Source of the DNA: an uncultured delta proteobacterium
GTDB lineage: Bacteria > Myxococcota > Myxococcia > Myxococcales > Myxococcaceae
NCBI GenBank assembly: GCA_963771175.1
Contig: CAVYSY010000010.1
Span: 32,001-96,000 of the forward strand
Reading direction: 5' to 3'
Length of the DNA: 64,000 bases
Under the pieces are notes generated by a model that worked only from the letters and a program-made list of their open reading frames with translations, made no database searches and was not told the DNA's origin. Position 1 is the stretch's first letter. Each line of letters begins with the position of its first letter. The translations under genes were made by a program, and so were the position numbers. Positions 55,253 through 64,000 of this stretch are shown here, piece by piece.

Positions 55253-56833
55253 ATGTACCTCAAGCCCAACGTCGCCATCGAGCCGCTCTACAACCAGTGG
55301 TACTCGTGGTGGTACCTGCTGTCGCCGGCGACGGCGCCGCTGTTCGTGACGAACCTGCACCTCAAGCTGCTGTCCTCGTTCGTCGCCAACCCCGAGGTCC
55401 ATGTCGCCGCGCTGAAGAATCCGGCGCTCATGGGGGGGCCCTTCATCAACCACCCTGCCTCCCGGGTCTCCGAGGTGAAGGCGCTGCTGGAGCGCACCAC
55501 CCGGGAGCAGGCGCACATGGTGGCCTACACCAAGGCGGTGGCCGAGCTGGAGCAGCTCCTGGCCACCGCCGCCACCGGCCCCTCCCTGGAGGGGCTCTAC
55601 GCCAAGGTGCCGGACGTGCTGCGCGGCTATGTGGAGCTGACGTACGACATGGCCAACCACGCCAGCATCCGTTTCGTCGAGCCGCTCCTCTATCGCAGCC
55701 GCTACCAGCAGGAGTCCTCGCAGAGCGTCTTCCTCATGCAGGTGGACGGCGATGCGCGCAAATACATCTACAGCACGCCCCGCCTGGAGGGGGACTCCCC
55801 GCTGTGGCTGCAGGTGCCCTACCGTCACGAGGGCCTGGACGAGCTCTTCCGCATGCGCACCACCTCCGGCTCCCCGGGGCGCGTGGCGGAGATGCTGGGG
55901 GTGCCCTCCAGCGCCGCTTCCGAGTTCGCCGCCCTCTTCACCGAGACGCCCCCGCGCCGCCCCGAGCCCTGGACGGGTGACGGCGTGCGCATGCGCTACT
56001 TCGGCCATGCCTGCATGCTGCTCGAGTCCCGTGACGTCTCGGTCCTCACGGATCCGGTCATCAGCTACGAGTTCCCCACGGAGCTGCCGCGCTTCACCCA
56101 CGCGGATCTCCCCGAGCGCATCGACTACGTGGTCATCACCCACGGCCATGCGGATCACCTGATGATGGAGACGCTGCTGCAGCTCCGCCACCGGGTGGGC
56201 ACCGTGGTGGTACCGCGCAACAACGGCGGCGGGCTGGCGGATCCCTCGCTGCGGCTGATGCTGGAGAACAACGGCTTCCGCAACGTGGTGGAGCTGGACG
56301 AGCTGCAGCGCATCTCGCTGCCCGGCGGAGGCGCCATCACCGGCATCCCCTTCTTCGGCGAGCACAGCGATCTCAACATCCAGGCGAAGATCGCTCACCT
56401 GGTGCAGCTCGGCGGCAAGTCCTTCCTCATGGCGGCGGACTCGAACGCACTCGAGTCCCGGCTCTACCAGCACCTGCGCGAGGTGGTGGGAGAGATCGAC
56501 GTGCTCTGCCTGGGCATGGAGTGCGAGGGAGGGCCGATGAGCTGGATGTACGGGCCACTCATGAGCCAGCCCATCCCGCGCAAGGTGGATCAGTCACGGC
56601 GGCTCAACGGCTCCAACTGCGCGCGAGCCAGCGAGATCGTCAACCACCTCAACCCCAAGGAGGTCTACGTCTACGCCATGGGCCAGGAGCCCTGGCTGCG
56701 CCATGTGATGATGCTGGCGTACGACGACAAGGCCCCGCAGATGATCGAGTCCAACCGCTTCATCGAGTTCTGCCGCGGCCGGGGAATCCACGCCGAGCGG
56801 CCCTACATCCGCATGGAGCGGATGTTCACCTGA
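55253..56833 (+). CDS. CmlA-like di-iron, metallo-beta-lactamase-fold amino acid beta-hydroxylase
   Basis: [74 protein letters not shown], matching my recollection of chloramphenicol CmlA motifs. Confidence 0.88.
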   Translation: MYLKPNVAIEPLYNQWYSWWYLLSPATAPLFVTNLHLKLLSSFVANPEVHVAALKNPALMGGPFINHPASRVSEVKALLERTTREQAHMVAYTKAVAELEQLLATAATGPSLEGLYAKVPDVLRGYVELTYDMANHASIRFVEPLLYRSRYQQESSQSVFLMQVDGDARKYIYSTPRLEGDSPLWLQVPYRHEGLDELFRMRTTSGSPGRVAEMLGVPSSAASEFAALFTETPPRRPEPWTGDGVRMRYFGHACMLLESRDVSVLTDPVISYEFPTELPRFTHADLPERIDYVVITHGHADHLMMETLLQLRHRVGTVVVPRNNGGGLADPSLRLMLENNGFRNVVELDELQRISLPGGGAITGIPFFGEHSDLNIQAKIAHLVQLGGKSFLMAADSNALESRLYQHLREVVGEIDVLCLGMECEGGPMSWMYGPLMSQPIPRKVDQSRRLNGSNCARASEIVNHLNPKEVYVYAMGQEPWLRHVMMLAYDDKAPQMIESNRFIEFCRGRGIHAERPYIRMERMFT

Positions 56834-56876
56834 AGCCCTTCCGCCCTCCACCCACGACACGGACACACGACAGCCC

Positions 56877-57089
56877 ATGAGCGAGCACGAGGACACGCAG
56901 CGTTGCAAGGTAGTGGTCAACCACGAGGAGCAGTACTCCATCTGGCCCGCGGATCGCGAGAACGCCCCCGGCTGGAAGGATGCCGGCAAGGAGGGCCTCA
57001 AGGCCGAGTGCCTCGAGCACATCAAGCAGGTGTGGACGGACATGCGTCCCCTGAGCCTGCGCCAGAAGATGGAGCAGCAGCGCAACTGA
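56877..57089 (+). CDS. mbtH: MbtH-like protein
   Basis: [34 protein letters not shown]. Confidence 0.96.
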   Translation: MSEHEDTQRCKVVVNHEEQYSIWPADRENAPGWKDAGKEGLKAECLEHIKQVWTDMRPLSLRQKMEQQRN

Positions 57090-57120
57090 GGGCCCACTCC
57101 GGCCCGTTTCCCGGGCGGGC

Positions 57121-57145
57121 GGCGGAGGCCCGAGCAGCCTCCGCC
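57121..57145. terminator. Hairpin between convergent mbtH and the immunity-like gene
   Basis: GGCGGAGGC-CCGAGCA-GCCTCCGCC, 9-bp perfect stem. Confidence 0.55.
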
Positions 57146-57157
57146 ACCGTCCCGCGC

Positions 57158-57950
57158 TTACTCGTTCTGGAACCACTCCGCTGGGATGCCCAGCGCCGCG
57201 AGAATCCGCTCGGGCGAGCGCTCTCCCTTGATGTCGCTGACAACCGGGCAGAGACGGAAACTCAGACGGGCGGCTGCGCGAACTCGTTCAATGCCCTCTC
57301 CCCCTCGCATCACGGTGACAAAGAACATGTCCAGGCGCGGCGAGGCAGTTACCCCATACACAGTTGCATGAGGAAGCCGTTCCGACACAGTAATGTCAGC
57401 GAAACTCATGCCGCCTGTTCCGCCGGCGAGAAGCGAGCCCTCGCGGCGTGTCCTCGAGGCGGTAGCGCCCCGGAGCGTAGTGGTTCGCCAGCATCTGCCT
57501 CCAGCGCGCGTCGCGCCTCCTCTGTCCGGACTCCTTCTATCAGCGCGACCGTCCGCAGCGGCTTCCTCGCGGCTCGGTCCGAAGTCTTCGTCGCGTCCTG
57601 GCAGCGGACAGCCGAGAGACTTCGCCAGGGCGTCTGGGTCCACCTCCAGGACCTCTAGCGCACCGTTTCGCCACGACGTGACGGCCCAGGGATCGTTGGC
57701 GCGCTCAATCGAGTACACGGGCTCATCACATTCGAGCGACAGTTCCTTGGCGATTTGCAGTCTCGGCGCCCACGTCGATGGGGTCCGTCCCCACGATGGC
57801 ATGGTAGCGACCACTGCCCGGGATGATCTCGAAGGACGGCTCTTTTCCGTCCTCTTCGTCCTCCTCCAACATCAGCGCGGCACGGACACGGCTCTCCAGC
57901 CATGCGGGCTCGCCTGGAGCCAGGACCGCCCAGAGAGGCCACCGGCTCAT
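57158..57950 (-). CDS. Hypothetical protein, candidate immunity protein; frameshifted
   Basis: ATG 57950 overlaps the toxin TGA (ATGA); MSRWPLWAVLAPGEP..EEDEEDGKE.. continues after an indel as IAKELSLECDEPVYSI..LGIPAEWFQNE; acidic, atypical codon usage. Confidence 0.55.
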
Positions 57951-60900
57951 GGCGCACCTCCGGACAAGTCCTCTGGCAGCTTGAGTGCCGCGCGCAACTG
58001 CTTCGTCTTCTCCAGTATCTGCGCCTCCTCTATGTGAATGAGCAGCGTGCCTCGGTGCGTTCTCATGCCAGGAATTCTGAGCAGCTTGAGCCTGGTCGGC
58101 CCACTCAGCTTGTCTGTAATGACGAGAAACGGTTTCCCTCGAGGGGCCTTCGCCGCATCCGCGAGTTGGTCGAGCAGGCGCTGGAGTTGCTTTATTAGCG
58201 CCTCCTGCTGTTCGTTGAGCTTGGCGCCGCCCTGTCTGGCCAGCCAGGCGTCGAGCGCCTTGCGCCACCTGTCTTCGTTCCAACCCTTTACTTCCACCCC
58301 GTGTTGAAGCTTTGACTCCATCATCGCCGTAAGCACGTTGTCGATGATGTGCCCGTCTTTCATTTGTCACCTGCCGCCCGGTCAGCCGGAAGCCCGGGAA
58401 GAGCTTCCGCGCATTGCGCTCTGTCAGCATCTCCGCCGCGATGCCTCGGAGTCGCTCGCGCACCCGCCGTTGCAGCTTGAAATTCCCCGGTTCCGCCGCC
58501 GCCTGCTGGACAGTCTTTCCACGGCGTCATCTTGTTCCTGGCCATGGCGTTGAGGTCCTCCAGGGTCAGCCCCGTCGAGCGCAGCCAGCCCAGGTCCACG
58601 CTGCCCCTGCATGCTTTCCTCGCCAGCTCAGCCACTGCCTCGGCTTCCAGTTCCGGGTGGCTGACGAGCCACTCGGCCTCCTTCAGGAAGGCATGCGGGT
58701 CCGTCAGGCTCGGCGCTCCTGAGCGGCGCAGCAATCCCGGTAGCGCCGGCTTCGCCGCACCGCGGGCGGAGGCGCGCAGCTTTTCCACCGCGGCGAGGTA
58801 CGCCTGGGCCTTGTCCGCCGGGAGGGCCGCCGCGCGCCTCGCCACGGCGTTGTAGGCGAGCGCCATCTCCTGGCTCTCCGCCGCCAGCAGTTTCAGTGCG
58901 TCCAGGGTCTTCTCGGCCTCCTGGACCGCGAGCCCCGCGCCGCGAATGCCACCGAGGGCCCGTGCAGCGGCCATCTCCCCCCGTATGGCGAAGAAGGCCT
59001 GCTTGAGGGCCTCGGCGCCGCCAGGGAGGGAAAACCGCAGTCCGTCCGGTGTCGCAACGACCTTGCCCTCGGCGAGCATCCGCTCCAGCGTCTTCGCCAG
59101 GGCCTGGATGGACTCCACGGACTCGCGCAGTCCAGCCGAGGCCCGTGCGCCAGACTGGCTCAACACCCGCCCTCCCCGGTGCGCCAGCTCGCGCCAGATG
59201 CCCGAGGTGGCCAGCTTGGAAATGTCCCTTCCGGCCAGTGCGAGCATGGCCACGTCATGCACCGCGAGAAAGGCCCGTCCCTCCGGCGTCCGCGACAGCT
59301 CGTCGCGCCAGGTGTCCACCACCGCCAGGGTCGTCACCAGGGACATGCGGCCGATGAACTGGCGCACCGCCGCCTGACGCGCCGCCGCCACCGTGCCGCT
59401 CTTGCGCGGCGGTGGCCGTCACCCCTGTCAGCAGCGGCGCCCGCGCCAATGCCGACATGGCGCCGTAAACGATGTGCATCTCACTGATGCGGCCCAGCGC
59501 CGCCCAGAGAAGCGGTGTGTCCGGCAGGGAGGCGAGCAGGGCCAGCTCCATGGCCGTCATGAGGTGGGTGCGCGGCTGTGGCCCATGGACTTCCACGCGC
59601 ACCCACTCGAGCGGGTGCAGGGCGCGGCTGCGTGGCCCCTCCTCCACCGAGGAGAGGTAGCGCGCCTGGAATTGCTGCCGCACCGGCTCGAAGTACAGGG
59701 CCATGCGCTGGGAGGCCCCGGCCACCTCTCCCGGCAGGGCGGGTTCCGCGCCCAGGCGCACTCCCTGCTTCGCGTCCCACGCCTCCGGCGCCACCAGCGT
59801 CGTGGACACCAGCCCGGAGGGCACGTTCAGCAGGTGGGTCGTCTCGCCCTCTCGCCCCAGGTGGAAGGTGGGCAGGGCGTCGAGTGAGTCGAGCACGAGG
59901 GGAAACGAGGCCAGCGCCTTCTGGGTGAAGGCCCGTCCCAGCAGCACCTTGGCGGGCGCGTCGCCGCCGAGCAGCTTCTCCAGCACCTCGCCCGAGGTGA
60001 GCCCGCGCTCCAGGGCGGGAAACTCCTGGGCGGGCATGGACAGCACCACCCGCGCGAGCAGGTGCACGGCGTCCTCCTCCAGGCTCGTCGGAGGCGAGGA
60101 CGGTGTCGAAGACGCCCAGGCGCTCGTCCCGGGTGAGCAGGGAGAGCACGTCATGGTCGAGCCCGAGGAGGGGCTGGGGCGCGTCCGGTGTCGCCGCGGC
60201 GAGGGCCGCGTCCAGAATCTCCCGCCGCAGGGCCGCCAGCTCGCCCGTGCCGCTCCCCATCCCCACCCGCCAGTCCCCCGGGCGGATGAAGAGCGTCCCG
60301 GGGTAGTACCAGTAGAAGTTGCCCTCGGGGTGCTCGAGCGGCTCGGGGGCACCGGCGGCGACGCGGAATTCGACGCTGTAGCCACGCCAGCGCCCATCCT
60401 CCCCGGGGATGATGAGGCGCGGGCCGCTACGTGGAAGGTTGCGCACCCGGAGCTCCGCGCGCTCCAGGGAGCGCTCCTCGGTGAGCAGCACCTGGAGGTG
60501 CACCTGGACGCTGGAGCCGTCCGGGAAATAGAAGCGGCCCACCACGTCTCCCGGAGAGAGAACGGGCGAGCCATCCGTGACGGAGTAGCTCGTCTTCCAG
60601 GCCTTGGAGCGCAGGGCGATGGCCTTCTGCAGGGGCTCGGAGGACTCTCCGAGGAAGTGCCAGTCCTGGGCGAGGGTGTCCCCCAGGTGCCAGCGCGGCG
60701 GCTCGTCTCGCCAGGGCGCGAGCGCCTGGAGGTAGCGGTCGAAATAGCTCTGGCCGGAGCCGTCCAGGATGTCCGAGCGCTGGGACCAGCGCAGGCCGCG
60801 CTCCACCAGCGCGGCGGCCCCGGCCTTGTCGAGGGACGTCGCCGTGAGCTGGGAGCGGCTCCACGCGACATCCGCCTCCAGTTGCGCGTCCAGGGCGCCG

Positions 60901-61709
60901 CGCATGGCGGCGAGAAGCTCGGGCAGGAGCGCTGGCGGATGGCGCACGCGCACGCGCACGCGTGGCCCTCCCTCCGCGTCAGGTGGGGCCGCGAGGGGCT
61001 CGAAGTCGAAAGAGTCCACCGCGGACGCATCCCCGAAAAGCCGTGAGGCGAGCTCCTCCCGCGAGACATGACCGGGAACCCAGAGCAGCTCGGGCCGCTC
61101 CGGGTCAACCTGGACGGGGAACGGGGCCTCCTGGAGGGAGAGGAAGTCCAGCGCGTCGGCCTCGTCCTCCGGTGTGTCCTCCAGCTCGGGCTCGGACAGC
61201 TCGTCCTCTAGCCACTCTGGCGGGATGTCGTGCTCCATGGGTGGGAGACGCCAGGTGCGCACCAGGGCGGGCTTGCCCGCGTGCTTCCAGTCCCACTCAT
61301 AGGTGAGAGTGAGCAGCTCTCCGGCGCCAGCTTCCGCCGGGACGTGTACCTCCACCTCCTCCCGCCCTGGCTCTCGGTTGACCACCCGGGGCAGGGCCGT
61401 GGGCGGGTAGGCCTCGAGCGGGTCCACCCGCAGCCGCTGGTCCTCGCCCCAACCCAGCGCGCCCGCGGCGATGATCTCAGCGCCTGCCCTCACCACCAGA
61501 CGCCCCGGCTCCACCACCCGCAAGGAGAGCACGCCCTCCTCCTGCCAGACTTCCAGGCGGGGGCTGTGTGCATCCTCCCGCGGGCGCGCATCCACCGAGA
61601 GCGTCACCCTCTCTCTCCTCAGCTCGCCACTGGCCGCGCTCATGCTGGCTACAAGGAAGCTCGTAACCAAGAGGGCCTGGAGGCTCTTCGCACAGGCGGC
61701 TTCACGCAT
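57947..61709 (-). CDS. Large secreted protein (~1250 aa) with C-terminal PD-(D/E)xK nuclease domain, candidate polymorphic toxin; about four frameshifts
   Basis: Signal-like LQALLVTSFLVASMSAASG; Ala/Leu-rich helical middle; tip RLRGIAAE..GHIIDNVL..HGVEVKGW..QLQRLL..PFLVIT; joined from ORFs 59481-61709, 59255-61108, 58360-59391, 57726-58463 and 57947-58363. Confidence 0.62.
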
Positions 61710-61785
61710 GTTCCCACCCCTGCGCTTTTTCGGCTCCCTCCCAGGACTCCGCCGGAAGCGTGGGTGAGGACCCTCACTCTCATTG

Positions 61786-61822
61786 AGCCCCTCCGCGAGG
61801 AAGGGGTCCTCGCGAAGGGCTT
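61786..61822. terminator. Imperfect hairpin downstream of sbnB
   Basis: GAGCCC-CTC-CGCGAGGA-AGGGG-TCCTCGCG-AA-GGGCTT between the sbnB stop and the toxin start. Confidence 0.4.
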
Positions 61823-61861
61823 CTGGCTCCGGGATTTGTTAGAGAACTTTTGGCGACCTGC

Positions 61862-62875
61862 CTAGCGCGTCAGCTCGTAGAAGAAGTCGTCGATGCGCAC
61901 GGCCTTCCCGGCCGCCTTCGCCTGCTCGAACACCCACGAGCCCACGGCCAGGTCCAGCACGCCCAGCCCGAAGGGCGAGAAGAGGATGGGGCGCGTGCGG
62001 TCCACCTTGCACTCGCCCTGGATGAGCTGGGCCAGCGTGCCGGTGACGAAGTCTCGTCCCCCGCTGAGCTTCTCCGCCAGGTGGGGCGACGTGTTGGCCT
62101 TCATCACGTGCTCCACGTCATCCACGATGTTGTAGCTCTGGAGGACGATCTCCGGCGACACATCGCGCAGCGAGATGTTGAGCACGATGGGATTGTGGGC
62201 CAGCAGGCTGGCGTCGGTGATGTAGGGCGTGGGCACCGTGGTGGCCAGCAGCACCATGTCGCTGGAGCGCAGCGCGGTGGCCAGATCCGGCGCCACGTGG
62301 ATGTGCCGATGCCGCGTCTTGTCGCACACGTTGTCCGCGAAGCGCTGGGCCTCGCCGGGCGTCGTGTCGTACAGCCACACCTCGTCCACTTCCCAGCCCA
62401 TCTTCAGGAAGAAGTCGTAGATGTAGCGGGCGATGAGGCCGTTGCCCACGATGCTCAGCGAGCGCGTGCGCCGCTGCCCTCCGTTCAACCACTGCGCGGC
62501 CAGCACCGCCGAGCCCGCCGTGCGGGCCGCCGAGATGATGGAGCTCTCCAGACAGGCGAAGGGGTAGCCCGTCTCGTAGTCATTGAGCAGCAGCGCCGCC
62601 GAGGCCCGCGGGAAGCCCTTCTTCACGTTCGCCGGGAAGCTGGAGATCCACTTCAGGCCCGCCACGTCGTAGTCCCCGCCCAGGTAGGCCGGGAGGGCGA
62701 TGATGCGGGCGTCCGGCTTGTCGGGAAAGCGCAGGAAGTAGCTGTCCGGGTTGACGCTCTTGCGCGCCCCATGGAGCAGATAGGCGCGCTCCACCTGCTG
62801 GACGCAGCCGGCGATGTCGCCGTGGATGATCTCGTGGATGGCCTTGCCGGGAACGATGGAGAATTCGAAGGACAT
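61862..62875 (-). CDS. sbnB: SbnB-family (ornithine cyclodeaminase/mu-crystallin) L-2,3-diaminopropionate biosynthesis protein
   Basis: VNPDSYFLRFPDKPDARIIALPAYLG, GLKWISSFPAN, ISAARTAGSA, LNISLRD, TSPHLAE, FSPFGLGVLDLAVG. Confidence 0.92.
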   Translation of the reverse strand: MSFEFSIVPGKAIHEIIHGDIAGCVQQVERAYLLHGARKSVNPDSYFLRFPDKPDARIIALPAYLGGDYDVAGLKWISSFPANVKKGFPRASAALLLNDYETGYPFACLESSIISAARTAGSAVLAAQWLNGGQRRTRSLSIVGNGLIARYIYDFFLKMGWEVDEVWLYDTTPGEAQRFADNVCDKTRHRHIHVAPDLATALRSSDMVLLATTVPTPYITDASLLAHNPIVLNISLRDVSPEIVLQSYNIVDDVEHVMKANTSPHLAEKLSGGRDFVTGTLAQLIQGECKVDRTRPILFSPFGLGVLDLAVGSWVFEQAKAAGKAVRIDDFFYELTR

Positions 62876-62939
62876 GGAGTGACTCCTGAGGAGAACTCCA
62901 GCTTATTCCTGGTTCCTGGCGAAGACCGTCTACTTTCGG

Positions 62940-62991
62940 AAAAAGACGACGGCCCGACCACCGCGGAGGAGCGCGGGAGCCGGGCCGGGTC
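62940..62991 (-). terminator. Rho-independent terminator downstream of ndk
   Basis: Minus strand GACCCGGCCCGGCTCCCGCG..CCGCGGTGGTCGGGCCGTCGTC followed by TTTTT, ~20 nt after the ndk stop. Confidence 0.6.
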
Positions 62992-63012
62992 ATAGGCACG
63001 AAGCCCTACCGA

Positions 63013-63456
63013 TTACTTCTTGGCGGACCAGTCGTAGCCGTGGATCTCGGTCTCGCGGAAGAAGTACGCGATCTCGATCTTGGCGTTGTCCAGGCTGTCC
63101 GAGCCGTGCACCGTGTTCTGGTCGATGCTGGTGGCGAAGTCGCGGCGGATGGTGCCGGGGGCGGCGTTGGCCGGGTTGGTGGCGCCCATGATGTCGCGGT
63201 TGGCCAGGACGGCGTTCTCACCCTCCAGCACCATGAGCACCACGGGGCCGGAGATCATGAAGTTCACCAGGTCCTTGAAGAAGGGACGCGCCTTGTGGAC
63301 GGCGTAGAACCCCTCGGCCTGGGCCTGGGAAAGCTGCTGCAGACGGATGGCGACCGGCTTCAGACCCTTCTCCTCGAAGCGGGAGATGATCTTGCCAATG
63401 ACGCCCTTCTGGAGCCCGTCGGGCTTGATGATGGACAGCGTACGCTCGATGGCCAT
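63013..63456 (-). CDS. ndk: Nucleoside diphosphate kinase
   Basis: [46 protein letters not shown]. Confidence 0.98.
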   Translation of the reverse strand: MAIERTLSIIKPDGLQKGVIGKIISRFEEKGLKPVAIRLQQLSQAQAEGFYAVHKARPFFKDLVNFMISGPVVLMVLEGENAVLANRDIMGATNPANAAPGTIRRDFATSIDQNTVHGSDSLDNAKIEIAYFFRETEIHGYDWSAKK

Positions 63457-63492
63457 TGTGGTGGTCCTCGGTGTGTCGTGTGGAAGGTGGAA

Positions 63493-64000
63493 CTAGCGGT
63501 TCTTCTTGGGGACGCCGCGCTTGACGGCCTCCTGCAGCGTGGTGCCGAGCTCGGCGGGGCTGGCGGCCATGACGATGCCCGCGGCCTCCATGGCCTTGAT
63601 CTTCTCCGAGGCCGTGCCCTTGCCACCGGAGATGATCGCGCCGGCGTGACCCATGCGCTTGCCCGGGGGAGCCGACTGGCCGGCGATGAAGCCGGCGATG
63701 GGCTTGGTGAACTCGCGCGCCACGTACTCGGCGCCGCGCTCCTCGGCCTCGCCACCGATCTCGCCGATCATGATGACGGCATCCGTCTCGGGGTCGGCGT
63801 TGAAGAGCTTCAGCACGTCCACGAAGTCCGTGCCGTTCACCGGGTCACCGCCGATGCCCACTGCGGTGGACTGGCCCAGACCCAGCTGGGTGAGCTGGAA
63901 CACGGCCTCGTAGGTGAGCGTACCGGAGCGCGACACCACGCCGATGCGGCCCGGCTTGTGGATGTGGCCCGGCATGATGCCGATCTTGCACTGGGCGCCC
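63493..64000 (-). CDS. sucD: Succinyl-CoA synthetase alpha subunit (3' part)
   Basis: [46 protein letters not shown]. Confidence 0.96.
   Translation of the reverse strand, partial: GAQCKIGIMPGHIHKPGRIGVVSRSGTLTYEAVFQLTQLGLGQSTAVGIGGDPVNGTDFVDVLKLFNADPETDAVIMIGEIGGEAEERGAEYVAREFTKPIAGFIAGQSAPPGKRMGHAGAIISGGKGTASEKIKAMEAAGIVMAASPAELGTTLQEAVKRGVPKKNR

Noticed and set aside
55253..56833. Beta-lactamase resistance gene (HxHxDH motif)
   Set aside because: The long N-terminal extension and flanking motifs identify the CmlA hydroxylase family

Overview
High-GC myxobacterial (Myxococcales-like) DNA with many single-base indels, most likely sequencing or consensus errors. The left arm (1-11.2 kb) is core genome: NtrC-type sigma54 activator, M23 peptidase, outer-membrane protein, rsmI, yraN, an SMC-like protein with degenerate ATPase motifs, the rpsP-khpA-rimM-trmD-rplS operon and rlmN. 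The right end is sucD-ndk. Between ndk and rlmN lies a ~51.5 kb accessory block dominated by a hybrid lipopeptide cluster: FAAL-ACP + 4 NRPS modules, a one-module PKS (KS-AT-KR-ACP), then 4 more NRPS modules with one E domain and a terminal C domain instead of a TE. Manually read A-domain codes predict acyl-Thr(Dhb?)-Ala-Dap/Dab-Aro-[ketide, statine-like]-Dap/Dab-Ser-D-Thr-Aro. Accessory genes are SbnA and SbnB (Dap synthesis, at opposite ends of the block), two glycosyltransferase-like proteins, a CmlA-type di-iron beta-hydroxylase, an AspH/LpxO-type hydroxylase, a PvdE/SyrD-type exporter, a lipoprotein M19 dipeptidase and MbtH. A PD-(D/E)xK polymorphic toxin plus a coupled immunity-like gene sits between mbtH and sbnB. 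Most notable: a dehydration-clade C domain lacking both catalytic histidines, TE-less release, and a statine-forming junction. I could not run searches, so novelty is unverified.
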